Origin: the human T2T-CHM13v2.0 reference genome, Homo sapiens
Direction: 5' to 3' (one strand)
Length of the DNA stretch: 64,000 bases
Assembly (NCBI RefSeq): GCF_009914755.1
Contig: NC_060937.1
Notes under the pieces: generated by a model
The model's database searches: none
What the model saw: only the letters and a program-made list of their open reading frames with translations
Told to the model about the DNA's origin: nothing
Made by a program: the position numbers and the translations under genes
Part shown: piece by piece, positions 24,802 through 38,677 of the stretch
How the letters are laid out: the number at the start of each line of letters is the position of its first letter
How positions within the stretch are numbered: position 1 is the first letter of the stretch

Positions 24802-26549
24802 ATCATGCAAACCTGAATCATGATTCAGGTTGTCCTGACTCCTGATCCCAAATTGCCCTCACAAAACCAAAATTTCTCAGCACAACAAAGGCCATTTTTA
24901 TAAAAAGGAGCCCGTCTCAAAAGACAGCAATATCAAAGTTTCCTTCGTGGATAAATGTATAGTTATGAGTGTGTGCACTAATAGAAAGTAGTATATGACA
25001 GATTTCTGTGTATTTTAATTTGAATAATATTGAAAATACCAAAAAAATTGAAAATTACCCATAAAGTCAATATCACACATGTGTGCTTCAACACACATAT
25101 ACCACATACATAAAATAGGAAGCACGTGTCTACATTGGCTCCCACTATGTTTTAAATATGACCACTTTAGAAGTTTGGTGTGTTGCCAAGTTTTTCTACG
25201 CTAATGAAGGCATTTGCCTACATGCCTACAGATGCATGTGCAGATTTTACACAAATATAACCATGTGAAACACTTTTGTCTACAAGGATTTTTTTTCCCA
25301 CATTATCAATGTGTCACCAACATGTTTCTGGTCAGCTTGTGCACCTAATTTTCTTGTGGATGTGGCGTATTCTCTTTTATGAATGCGGCGTGATTTATTT
25401 AAGCCATGCTTGCTATGCCATCCTGCTCCTTACAATACTTTTCAGTCTTCGGTAGCATCTAATTGGTAATCATCACAGCTTTTTCAAAATGTTTTGGCTA
25501 TGATGTCCTTATTTTTCCACATAAAGTATAGGATAAGTTTTGAAAGGTTAAAGAAAAACAAATGTCGCTTTTAAATTCATACTATAAAAAAATGTAGATA
25601 TTAACATGAGATGAATTAGCCCTTTAAAAATATTGTTTTTCCATTCAGGAACACGGCAAGCTTTTGAATTCATTAATGCTCAGATTATTTGTTTGATTGG
25701 CTTTATGTTCCCAAATAATGTTTTCTAGTTTTTATCTTAAATATCAGATATGTGTAACGATAAATGGGTGCTAACATGTATCCATGGAAATTTTACAATT
25801 CAGCCCATCACATAATTTATAGATGAAAGATCAAAACAGCAGCCTTTGTGCTCCTACTCTCAAATAATTTCAGTTATTAATATTTTAATGGCTGCAAAGT
25901 GGCACCTGTTATTCTCATTGCTAATATTTCATTCAATAATGGAATCAATCTTAAGATTTAAGGATGTACCTTTTACCCTGGGAAGCTCAATAAAGCTACT
26001 AAAATTTTGAATAAAATGTGTGACCTGCAATATATATAGTATTTTTTTCCCTAAATGGTTTCCCTGCAACAAAGTTTGGTTGTCAGAGTTAGAAGTCCTA
26101 AACATTTCTTTTAAAGTTAGTCCTTTTAGTGAAGTATTGATAAGGGGTCAATCAAAGCACTGATTGAAATTGTTCCTTTTCTAAATAAAAAAAATTCTCT
26201 GTGTTCTCCATTGTTTACTGATTCAGAAGAAAAAGCTGGCCATTCATACTACTTTGTGGCAGTATGTTTTTTCTCATTGGGTCTTTTTCTAGTCTCTGGA
26301 TTGCTACTATGAAACCTTTCTCTGAAACAATCTTGCCTGAAGCTAAAAGAACTATAAATCCTAGATTAAGTTTTCTCTCCTTGTACACCTCTACTCCCAG
26401 AAAATCCAGATAACCTAGATAATTATACCAGATAATTACCTCAAATAATCAAACAATCTAGAAATCTATTCCAGATGAAGTTATCACAATATTTTGTCTT
26501 CATGTGGAATGTATTTTTCCAACACGCCTACTAAAATATTGTTATTCAA

Positions 26550-28700
26550 CCAACTTTATACTTAATGGAGAAAAGTTGAAAGCACTCCCTCTAAGAACTG
26601 GAACAATAAAAGGATGTTCACTTTCACCCCTTTTATTCAACATTGTACTGGAAGTTCTTGCCAGAGCAATTAGACAAGAGAGAAAAAAAGGCACCCAAAT
26701 TGGGAAAGAAAAAGTTGAATTATCCCTGTTTGCTGATGACAGGATCCTATATCTACAAAAACCTAAAGACTCCACCAAAAAAACTCTTAGATTTTATTAA
26801 TGGATTCAATAAAGTTTCAGGATCCAAAATTATTATATGGAAACCAGTAGTATTTCCATACACCAGTAATGATCTAGCTAAGTATCAAATCGAGAAGGCA
26901 ATCCTGTTTATAATAGCTATCAAAAAATAAAAATCTAGGAATATATTTAACCAGAGAGGTAAAAGATCTCCATAAGGAGAACTATAAAATACTGATGAAA
27001 GAAATCAGAGATGACACAAACACCCCTTGCTCATGAGCTGGAAGAGTCAACATTGTTGACATGACCATACTGTCCAAAAGCAATTTACAGATTTAATGCA
27101 ACCCTTATCAAATTACCAATGTCATTTTTCTACAGAATTGGGAAAAAATCCTAAAATTCATGTGGTACCAAAAAAGAGCCTGAAGAGCCAAAGCAACCCT
27201 AAGCAAAGGAAAAAAAAAAAAAAAAACAAGCTACAGGCATCACATTACCTGACTTCAAATTACTTCAAATTATACCACAGAGCTATAATGACCAAAACAG
27301 CATGGTACTGCTATAAAAATAGGCACAGAACCCAGATATAAAGCCACACACATACAACAAACTGATTTTGACAATATTAACAACAATATACAGTGGGAAA
27401 ATGACACTCTATTCAATAAATGGTGCTGGGAAAATTGGATAGCCATATGCGGAGTAATAAGCCTGGACCCATACCTCTCACCATATACAAAAATGAACTC
27501 TGGAATAGGAACACTTTTACACTGTTGGTGGGACTGTGAACTAGTTCAACCATTGTGGAAGTCAGTGTGGCGATTCCTCAGGGATCTAGAACTGGAAATA
27601 CCATTTGACCCAGCCATCCCATTACTGGGTATATACCCAAAGGACTATAAATCATGCTGCTATAAAGACACATGCACACGTATGTTTATTGCGGCATTAT
27701 TCCCAATAGCAAAGACTTGGAACCAACCCAAATGTCTAACAATGATAGACTGGATTAAGAAAATGTGGCACATATACACCATGGAATACTATGCAGCCAT
27801 AAAAAATGATGAGTTCATGTCCTTTGTAGGGACATGGATGAAATTGGAAATCATCATTCTCAGTAAACTATCGCAAGAACAAAAAACCAAACACCGCATA
27901 TTCTCACTCATAGGTGGGAACTGTACAATGAGATCACATGGACACAGGAAGGGGAATATCACACTCTGGGGACTGTTTTGGGGTTGGGGGAGGGGGGAGG
28001 GATAGCATTGGGAGATATACCTAATGCTAGATGACGAGTTAGTGGGTGCAGCGCACCAGCATGGCACATGTATACATATGTAACTAACCTGCACAATGTG
28101 CACATGTACCCTAAAACTTAAAGTGTAATAATAAAAAATAAAATAAAAAAAAAGAAAGTGACAGCAAGAAAAAAAAATGAACTCAAGATGAATTAAAGAT
28201 CTAAATGTAAGATGTGAAACTATAAAAGTTCTAGAAGAAAACCTAGGAAAAACTCCTCTGAACATTTGCTTAGGAAAAGAATTTATGACCAAGTCCTCAA
28301 AAGTAAGCGCTACAAAAACAAAAATAGACAAATATGACTTAAACTAAAAAGTTTCTGCACAGCAAAAGAAACAATCAACAGGGTAAACAGACAACCTACA
28401 GAATGGGAAAAATATTTGCAAACTATGCATCTAACAAAGAGCTGCTATCCAAAATCTGTAAGTACCTCAAATATCTAAACAAGAAAAAAGCAAATAACCC
28501 CATTAAAAAGCAGGCAAGGCTATTATTAAAAAGTCAAAAACTAACAGATGCTGGTGAGGTTGTGGAGAAAAAGGAGCTTATACACTGTTGGTTGGATACA
28601 ATGTTTACTATTCAGATGATGGGTACACTACAAGCTCACCCTTCACCACTATGCAATACATTCATAGTGCAGGTAAGAAACCTGCACTTGTACTCTCAAC
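26550..28700 (+). mobile_element. L1PB/L1MA-like ORF2 and 3' end, internally deleted, interrupted by a young L1
   Basis: RT-domain remnants ([15 protein letters not shown]...[19 protein letters not shown]...LSLFADD). Resumes at 28185. Jumps to the 3' UTR near 28590 (GATGGGTACACTACAAGC...CACCACTATGCAATAC). Confidence 0.9.
27501..28172 (+). mobile_element. Young 5'-truncated L1PA2-like insertion with short 3' transduction
   Basis: Near-consensus ORF2 C-terminus. 3' UTR diagnostics GAGATCACATGG, GGAATATCACAC and GATGACGAGTTAG (GAG, not the L1HS-Ta ACA). TSD AAAAATGAACTC at 27489-27500 and 28173-28184. Confidence 0.93.
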
Positions 28701-28886
28701 ACTTTGGAAACAAATTTTATGTTATGGAACAGCTAGAACCATGCCACTGCTCATGCTTCTTGACAACCTTAAATACAAGAAACAAAGTTATGGAAAATAT
28801 TTGCCTTATATGAAATTTTTAGTGTGTACACCATATGCGGACACCAAGAATTCGATCAAGTAATCTTAATATTTAAATGTTCTATC

Positions 28887-29380
28887 TGTCACACCTTGGC
28901 AGGAGAACAGAAACCACTCTGCTTGTTTTAGCAGGAAGGGATTTAAGAAAGAGAATTGGATACTTAAAAAGCTGTTAATAGGACCAGAAGAATAAAAGTC
29001 AGAGAATGCCACTGCTGACTTTCAGGAAATCAGAAGGCATGGGAATTAAGGAAGGTATCCCTGAAGCTCTTAGTTTTCTACAGCACTGAAGCAGGTGATT
29101 CACAGGAGCTCACCCAGAAGATGCTGCAAACCTTATGTCTATAGCCTGCAGAACATCTCATGTTTTGCTCCTAGAGAAAAAAACAAAACAAACAACAGCA
29201 ACAACAAAACACTTCAATTCTATCATTCACATCTCTTATCACTGATCCCTTTGTTAGAATTAAACTTAAATTCTGCATCAAAGGAGAGTAGGAAATGTAG
29301 TTTTGGGGCTTCAGACCATGAGCTATAGGGAAGATTTTAAAGGGCAGGGAAAGTGCTGAATACCAACAGAAGTATCTCAT
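28887..29380 (-). mobile_element. Possible old ERVL/MaLR LTR
   Basis: GGCAGGAGAACAGAAACCACTCTG...AGGGATTTAA and GGAAATGTAGTTTT motifs. Family not assignable by eye. Confidence 0.35.
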
Positions 29381-29580
29381 TCAAACATTCATTAGCATGA
29401 TTTCTAAGATTGTAGTTTTCCATTGGAGAATACACATATTTATTTCTAATTTGGTCAATAGTTAACAATTTCCAGCTTGGGGACTCATCTGGGTGTCCCA
29501 GTTCTCTAATTACAAAAACCTACGAGTGCTACCTCATCTAGGATCCTCTGTTGGCATTTTCTTCTTGGAAAATGGTGTTA

Positions 29581-29962
<382 letters not shown>

Positions 29963-31084
29963 GGTGTTAAAACCCCTGTCATAACTGACCTGGCAGAACT
30001 GACTTATACCCTCTTTACTTTCATTTTCTTTCACTGTGAAAGTGGAAAAATTAGTCGTAAAACTTGGCTAGTGCTTTTCCCTAACAACAAACCAAATTAA
30101 TACAGCTTCATTTCTCTTGGGTCACATTTTTATACAAGAAGATTAACATGTTTTCCAGTCTGTCTGGGTGGTTCTGGATGGCTGAAATGCTGTCAGCCTT
30201 ATTGAGTCATTCACGGAATTGATGTGAATCTTATAGAAAGTTCTCTCCATCTTCAAAGGCTTAATTTGGTTATTTATGGATGGATTTCATGCAGTTTTCA
30301 AAATATATTATTTGTCTCCATTTCAATGAGCCTGAACGTTTGTATAATGTTGGATAGGTTCCAGCAACATTATTCAGAGTGACTATGGGCATCAGGATCC
30401 AGGAACTTTAGGCAAAACATTTTCATTTATACCTCCTAATTTTCATCTCCTGTCTCCTTATAAAATGACTATATCTTGAATTTTAAATATTTGTTTATGT
30501 CAAAATCTCCACTGTAATCAAAAAACTCAATCCAAAAATTATTTTTCTCTTCTATATGTAGGAAAGGGTAATTATAAATTTAGGGACATTACTAGCATAG
30601 AAACCCTAAAAATGCTGAAATATACCAAAAGAAAAGCAGTCACAAGTTAATGCTTTTGTATTTTAAATAATTTGAAGAAAAGCTCCAATTTAGTTATCAA
30701 TTATTCAGTTTCAAATTTCTTTCAATAATTTTCTGAATTTGGTTGATATGCAAGAATGCATTCTGTATGTTTCTGAATTTTATGGATACAACTATGGCTT
30801 TATTAAAAATTACATTATAGAATATATTAATATTGAAACTCATTTGTGATGTAATGATATGTTAAGCAGATTTCAAAAGAACATATTTGGATTCCATTAT
30901 TAAAGAGGTAGTGGGATAAATTGTGGGCTAGAAAACCACTGATTATCTCTGGCCAGTGATATTATGGCTGATTTTAATTTTTGTAGGTGATTTCTGCATT
31001 TTCCTTTATAACTTTTATTATTAAAAACACTTATTTTCAAATAAAAGAGCCGATCTTTATTTGGAAGTTTTTCTCAGAAAAGCA

Positions 31085-32135
31085 AATAATTATCGTATTA
31101 AAAAATTGATAAGCTGAACTTCACAAAAATGTAAAACTTCTGCTTGAGGAAGACACTATTAAATGATTCAAAGGGCAAGTTACAAAAATTTGCAAACCGT
31201 GTCTCTGATAAAAAACACATAAAGAATATAAAATTTTTAAAACACAATAAAAATTATGCAAAAGACTTAGTAGACACTTCGTGAAAAATATGGATAGCAA
31301 TTAAGTACATGAAAAGATTTTCAACCTCATTAGTCATTAAAAGTGCATATTAAAATTATAATCGGATACAACTACACATCTATTAGGATAACTGAAATTT
31401 AACAATATTACTATACCAAATGTGGCCAAGGATGTGAAAAAATTGAAACTCTCCAGGAATGTAAAATGACACACTTTGGAAAACAGTTGGCAGTTTCTTA
31501 GAAAGTTAAATATACACCGATGATATTATTTCCTTTGCCAGGCATTTACCGAAGAGAAAAGAAAGCAAATATTCAGTAAAGATTTGTGCACAAAATTCAT
31601 AGAAGCTTTGTTTGTAATAGTCCAAAACTTTAAAGAATCCAAATGCCCATAAACAGGTGAATGTACAAATTGTGGGATATCCAATACTGTATATAAAATG
31701 AATTACTACTCACCAATAAAATGGAATGAACTATTTCTATGTGGATGGACTAATGTGAATGCATCTCAAAATAATTCATTGAGATTGAGTGAATGCAGCC
31801 AAACCAAGTAAGTACATACTGTGTGATTCTGCTTACACATAATCCTAGAAAATGCAAAATAATCTATAGTAAAAGAAAGCAGATAGTGGTTACCTTATGA
31901 TAGGAATATAGCAGGTCAAGAAGGAAGGATAACTGCAGGGCACAAGGAAATTTGGGGGGGCATGATGGGTGTGTTTGTTATCTTGATTTTAGTGATGACT
32001 TATGGATATATACATGTTTGTGTGTGTGTGCGTGTGTATATATATACACATATATACACCATTTATATCATACACACAATTGAGAAAGTATATAATTTAA
32101 ATATATATTTTATATGTCAATTATACCCCAATACA
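31085..32135 (+). mobile_element. Old L1M (MC/MD/ME-like) ORF2 end and 3' UTR
   Basis: TCAACCTCATTAGTCATT, CACTTTGGAAAACAGTTGGCAGTTTCTTAGAAAGTTAAA, CCAAATGCCCATAAACAGGTGAATG, TATATGTCAATTATACC. Confidence 0.85.
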
Positions 32136-32205
32136 TCTGTTTTATATATGTGTATGTGTGTATGAATATATATAATCACACATATAATAGAAAAGTGATA
32201 TAAGT

Positions 32206-32690
32206 TGTATTAATTATTTCTAAGTAACAAGTTTCCCCAAATCTTAATGTCTTCAAACAACAAATATTTATTACTACACACAGTTTCTGAGAATCTGGAA
32301 TCTGGGTATGGCTCAAATGGATAGTTCTCTGGGTTCCTTATGAGGTTGCAGTCAAATGTCACACAGGGCTGCTGTCATCTGAATGTTGGGCTGTGGCTGG
32401 AGGATCCTCTTCGAAGATTGCTCGCTTTCATGGCTATTGGCAGGAGGCTTCAGTCCTCCATGTGTACCTTGCCATAAAGCCACTTTTGTATCCTCCAGAG
32501 CAAACAATCCAAACAAGAAATAAAAAGGAAGAAAAGATTCTTTTCAAGATGTGTCTCATAAGTGTCATATCCTCACTTCTGCCACATTCTGCAGGTCACA
32601 GACAAATCCTGATACAATGTGGGAGGGAATGGCAAAGAAAGTAAATCCCAGGAAGTAGGAATCATTGGGAGTTATCTTGGCTATGCTCAT
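32206..32690 (-). mobile_element. MaLR LTR (MLT1F/G/H-like)
   Basis: TGTATTAATT...CAAACAACAAATATTTATT...TGAGGTTGCAGTCAAATG...GGCTGGAGGATCC...CTTCTGCCACATTCT. Confidence 0.75.
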
Positions 32691-33078
32691 TGTAGATTAT
32701 TGTAGCATTTAAACTTAAAAGTGAAAGCTCCTTGTATTCCCACAAAGTTAATATTTTCCACTTACGTGTATTTAACAAAAGATATGGCTATTGCTTTATA
32801 TATTTTTCCCCACTCAATACATTGTGGACATATTTCCTATGAGTGGGAATTGGCTTATTTAGATCTATCTCATACATTTTGGTTTTGTAAACAGTTTTAT
32901 TTCATTTAATCAACATAAAATAAACTGCACATATTTAAAGCAAAAAACCAAAAACATCACGTGCTTATTTAAGAATAAATAGATCTATCTTAATAATTAA
33001 AGTTCTGCACGTTATCTATTTGCCCCCTTTGCCTAATAAATTGGTATGTGAAAATAAACATTTGAATCAAATAGATAA

Positions 33079-33160
33079 AAAGGTTAGGTATACCTCAGAC
33101 TTCTTTAGGTATAACCTTTAGGTATACCTAAAGGTTAGGTATACCTTTAGAACTTCTTGG
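33079..33160. repeat. Compound direct/inverted repeat containing a 26-bp perfect palindrome
   Basis: TAACCTTTAGGTATACCTAAAGGTTA (33112-33137) equals its own reverse complement. AAAGGTTAGGTATACCT occurs at 33079-33095 and 33130-33146. Confidence 0.95.
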
Positions 33161-34541
33161 TTTCTCTGCCTTGATGGGAAGTTTGGAGATTAAACGTTTG
33201 GGGGCATTTGAATTAGGCAAGAGATGAAGAGTCATTGAAACACTGAGGCACAGTGAAAGAATCGGAAGAATCTTACGTCTCTTATATCACTTACCACAAT
33301 ACAAACAGCTGGCAATTTTCATAGTAATCATCCCACTAATAGTATTTATATAGCACTTGATATTTAAGGTAAGATTCTAACAATTATGTTTGTAACAAAA
33401 GATATATTGCATCTATTATATGAATATGGTTAAGAAAAAATATTTATTATTTCTTGTATGCAGTCTTCATAATGAACTAAGCAACAAACAAAAAAACTCT
33501 AATAAACTGAAGAGACTATGAATATAGGAGAGTGGCTTAATTTTCCTACTTCTTATTTTAGCTACAAAATTAAAGGTTTAAAAAGTTTTAAGATTTAAAT
33601 TTAATATTTATGCTTCCATGGAAAACCTTTCACTATATCCTTTGCAGTTAAATTTATTATAACAAAATAGTACTTTTGGGAATACTGTCTTGGAGACTAA
33701 ATTGTTTAGAAATACACAGCCTCATCAAAACATTTCTCAGACTGATATGGAGAAGTAAAGAGAAATCAACCATAAGCTTCATGAGGAGAGGCTTACCACT
33801 GTGCCACTAGAGTCTGATACATTGCAGGTACCCAGGAAATATGAGCTCAGAGAACAAATATTAAGAGAGCTCAATGTCAAACATAGGTCCCCTGCTAACC
33901 AGGTGTGTGTTGACTTAGGCAAATCACTTGCAAATTCAGATTTCATTGCCCTTGTATGTGATGTTTCCAGTGGATCCTATTAATTGGGACTTTTAATTGC
34001 CAAGAAATTCAAAACAAACTGGCCAAGCCAAACAAAAAAGAAAAACAAAAAATGTCAGTTAGAGGGTAGAATTTATTGACACAGGAGTTCTTGCTTCTTT
34101 GTATATCAGGGATTTTTAATACCCCAGATGTCCATCTTTCTTTATTTGGGACTGGTCAAAAAAAATCCTAAAATTACCACTGCTTGTAACACATGTCTGC
34201 TCATGAAGCAGTCACTGGGGCTAAGGGAATATAGTATTCAGCTATACAAGTCCTGTATCATGCGTCTAACCCTTTATAGTGGTCAGGCATGGGAGTGGGA
34301 GAGGAAGTCACTCCATCCAAATCCCGTGGAATAGTTTTTCTTAGTAAAAAGAGTTTTCACAGATATAGATGATATAGATACAGATAATAGATATGGATAT
34401 AATATATAGATTCCGAACACATAAAAGTAGACAATGTCCATTACAAGGATCATGAAATAAATAGCTTCCCATATTTCAGACATAATTAAATATCTGGTTC
34501 TGTTTTCAGGACTTAACACCTACTAAATAATTATTATGAGG

Positions 34542-34901
34542 TGATATGATTTGGCTGTGTCCTCACGCAAATCTCATCTTCAGTTTTAGCTCTCGTAATT
34601 CCCTTGTGTCATGGGAGGCACCCAGTGGGAGATAAGTGAATCACGGGGGCAGTTCCCCCCATGCTGTTCTCATGGTAGTGAATAAGTCTCACAAGATCTG
34701 ATGGTTTTATAAGGGGAAACACCTTTAACTTGGCTCTCATTCTCTTGCCTTCTGCCATGTGAGACATGCCTTTCACCTTCCACCATGATTGTGAGTCTTC
34801 CCCAGCCACATCGAACTGTGAATCCATTAAACCTCTTTTTCTTTATAAATTATCCAGTCTCAGGTATGTCTTTATCAGCAACATGAAAACAGACTAATAC
34901 A
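34542..34901 (+). mobile_element. THE1-family (THE1A/B-like) solo LTR
   Basis: TGATATGATTTGGCTGTGTCC...ATTAAACCTCTTTTCTTTATAAATTA...GACTAATACA, with TG/CA ends. Confidence 0.93.
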
Positions 34902-34986
34902 TGTAGTATACCTTTTTATATGATATTGGTTCCCAGTTAAGAGTGCATATCTGAAATGTGAAGGTCAATCATGTCAAAATACCATG

Positions 34987-37900
34987 TACAAACATTTCAC
35001 TCAAATGCTGCAGAATACTCATTCTCCTCATCAACACAGGGAAGGTTCTCAAGGATAGATCATATGTATTAGACCACAAAGCAAGTCTTAACAAATTTAA
35101 AAACTCAAAATTATAGCAACTATCTTTTCTGACCACAATGCAATAAAACTAGAAATCAATAACAAGAGGAACTTTGGAAACTATACAAATACACAGAAAT
35201 AAAACAACGTGCTCCTGAATGAACAAGTGGTCAAATAAAGAAATTAAGAAGGCAATATAAAAATGTCTTGAAACTAATGAAAATGGAAACACAACATACC
35301 AAAACCTATGGGACACAGATAAAGCAGTTATTACAGGGAAGTTTACGGCAGCATATGCCTTCATTAAAAAAGTAGGAAGACTTCAAACAAACAACCCAAT
35401 GACAGAACTAGAAAAGCAAGAACAAAGCAAACTCAAAATTAGTATAAGAAAATAAATTTAAAAAATCAGCCAGAAATAAATAAAATTGAGACTATAGAAA
35501 AATACAAAAGATCAACAAGACAAAAAGTTGGATTTTTTTGAAAAGATAAACAAAATTGACAAACCTTTAGACAGACTAAGAAAAAAAGAGAGGCTCAAAT
35601 AAATAAGAAAAAAAGAGAGGCTCAAATAAATAAAATCAGAGATGAAAAAGGAAACATTACTACAGAAACTCAAAGGATCATTAGAGACTATTATCAGCAA
35701 TTATATTCCAATTAATTGGAAAGCCTAGACAAAAGGAAAAAATTCCTAGAGGCATAAAACCTACTAAGATTTTACCATGATGAAATAAAGAACCCAAACA
35801 TGTGACTAACCAGTAACAAGATGAAAGCAATAATAAAAAGTCTCTCATCAAAGAAAAACTGAAGACTTGATGGCTTCGCTGCTGAATTCTACCCGACATT
35901 TAGAGAAGAAATAGTAACAATTCTACTCAAACTATTCTAAAACGCTGAGGAAGAGGAAATACTTCCAAACTCATTCTATGAGGCCAGGCTTGCCCTGATG
36001 CCAAAATCAGACAAAAACAAAACAACAACAACAACAACAAAACTACAGGCCCATATCACTGATAAACATAGATATAAAAATTCTCAACAAAATACTGGGA
36101 AATTGAATTCCAAAACACATCTGTTGTGCTGCAGAAGAATTTATCATGATCAAGTGGGATTTATCCTAGGCATGCAAGGATGGTTCAACATACATGAATC
36201 AATAAATGTGATACATCACATTAACAGAATCAAAGATAAAAATTATATGATCACTTCAATAGATGCCAAAAAAGCATTCAATAAAATTCAATATTCCTTC
36301 ATGATAAAAACTCTCAAAAAACTGGTTATAGGAGGAACATATCTCAAATAATAAAGCCCATATACAATAAACCCACAGCTATCATTATACTCAATGGGGG
36401 AAAAATTAAAAGTCTTCCCTCTAAGATCTGGAAAAAGATAAGAATACCTACTTTGCCACTTTTATTCAGCATAGTACTAGAAGTCCTAGTCAGAGAAATT
36501 AGGCAAGAAAATCAATAAAGGGCATCCAAAGGGAAAGTAAGAACTCAAATTTTCTTTGTTTGCATACAACATAATCTTATGCTTAGAAAAACCTAAAGAC
36601 TCTGCCAGAAAACTGTTAGAACTAATAAAGAAATTCAGTAAAATTGCAGGATACAAAAATTAGCATACAAAAATCAGTAGCATGTTGTATGCCAACAGCA
36701 AACAATCTACAAAAGAAATCAAGAAAGCAATCCATTAACAAGAGCTATAAAAATAAAACATCTAGAAATAAACTTAACCAAAGACATGGAAGATCTCTAC
36801 AATAAAAACTGTAAAACACTGATAAAAGAAATTGAAGAGTACTCAAAAAGGGAAAGACATTTCATGTTTATGTTTTGGAGGAATTAATGTTTTGAAAATG
36901 ATCTTACTAAGCAAAGCATTCTATAGATAAAATGCAAACCTTTTCAAAATACCAATGGCACTGTTCACAGAAATAGAAAAAACAATCCTAAAATTTGTAT
37001 GAATATACAAAATACCCAGAATAATGAAAGCTATTTTTAGCAAAAACAAGAGCATCATACTACTACACTACAAAATATACTACAAAGCTATAGTAACCAA
37101 AACAGCATGGTGCTGGCACAAAAGCAGAAATATAGACCAATGGAACAGAATAGGGAACTCAGAAATAAATCCACATATTTACAGCCAACTCATTTTCAAT
37201 AAAGGCATCAATAATCTATATGAGGAAAAAGTCTCTTCAATAAATTGTTCTGGGAAAACTGTATATCTACATGCATAAGAATGAAACTAGACTACTATCT
37301 CTCACCACGTAGAAAAATAAAACCAAAATTGATGAAAGACTTAAACCTAACAACTGAAATTATGAAACTATTAGAAGAAAAAAATTAGAGCAATGCTTCA
37401 GAACATTGGTCTGGGCAAAGATTTTTTTGAGTTAGACCCCAAAAGCATAGGCAACCAAAGCAAAAATTGACAAATGGGATTACATCAAGGTAAAAAGTTT
37501 CTGCACAGCAAAAAATACAATCAACAAAGTGAAGAGACAATTCACATAATGGGAGAAAATATTTGCAAACTATTCAACAAGGGATTAATAACCAGAACAC
37601 ATAAGAAACTCAAACAACTCAATAGCAAAAAAAAGAAAAAAGAAAAAGAAAAAAAATCTCATTTAAAAAAGGCAAAAGATCTTAATAGACTTTTCTCAAA
37701 AGAATACATACAAATGGCCAACAGGTATATTCTTTAAATGATCAATATCACTAATTATCAGGGAAATGCAAATCAACTTACAATGTGCTATCATCTTACT
37801 CAGCTAAAATAGCTATTATCAAAAAGACAGAAAATTCCCTACGCTAGTGAAGATGTGGAGAAAAGGAAATACTCATGGACTGTTGATGAGAATTTAAATT

Positions 37901-38677
37901 AGCATAGGCACTAAGGAAGAGAGAATGGAGGTTCTTCAAAAAGCTAAAAATAGAATTACCATATGATCCAAAAATCCCACTGTGCTGTACGTACAGCCAA
38001 AAAAAAAAAAAAAGGGAAATCAGTATATCAAAGAGATATCTGCACTCTCATGTTTATTGCAGCACTATTCACAATAGCCAAAATATGGAATCCACCTAAG
38101 TCTTCATCAACAAATTAATAAGGAAAATGTAGTATATTTACACAATGGAATATTATTCAGCCCTAAAGAAAAATGAAATCCTGTCATTTGCAGCAACATG
38201 AATGGAACTGGTGGACATTACATTAACTGAAATAAGTCAAGCACAGAAAGATAAATATTTCATGTTTTCCACTCATATGTGGGAGATTAAAAAATTGATC
38301 TTATGGAGGTAGTGAACAGAATGATGGTTACCAGAGGCTGGGAAGGTTTGTGGCGGCAAGGATTGAAGACAGGTTGGTTAGTGGGTACAAAAGCCAGTTA
38401 GATAGAATGAATAAAACTCTAGTGTTCAGTAGCACAATAGTTAACAATAATTTTTTGTAGACTATAGTTAATAATAATTTTTTGTATATTTCCAAATAGC
38501 TAGGAAGAGAAGAGTTATGATGTTCCCAACACAAAGAAATAATAAATGTTTATGGTGAATGATATCCCAATTACTCAGATTTGATTATTATATATCATAC
38601 ACTTGTATCAAAATATCACATGTACACTATAAATATGTATAACTATTATGGGCCCACAAAAATTAAAAATAAAGAAG
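34987..38677 (+). mobile_element. 5'-truncated L1MA (MA2-4-like), about 3.7 kb, covering most of ORF2 and the 3' UTR
   Basis: Degenerate EN, RT ([45 protein letters not shown]) and C-terminal remnants, then an L1MA 3' end CCCACAAAAATTAAAAAT. TSD AAATACCATG at 34977-34986 and 38678-38687. Confidence 0.92.

Noticed and set aside
27493-28005. 170-aa ORF with a Cys-rich, protein-like sequence
   Set aside because: It is the C-terminus of L1 ORF2p in a 5'-truncated copy. The ATG comes from the TSD, and the frame reads into the 3' UTR because the normal stop is mutated. Not a host gene.
35998-36351. Reverse-transcriptase-like ORF, also 26504-26800 and 15492-15779
   Set aside because: Fragments of dead L1 ORF2 with surrounding frameshifts and stops. 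Not a novel RT system.
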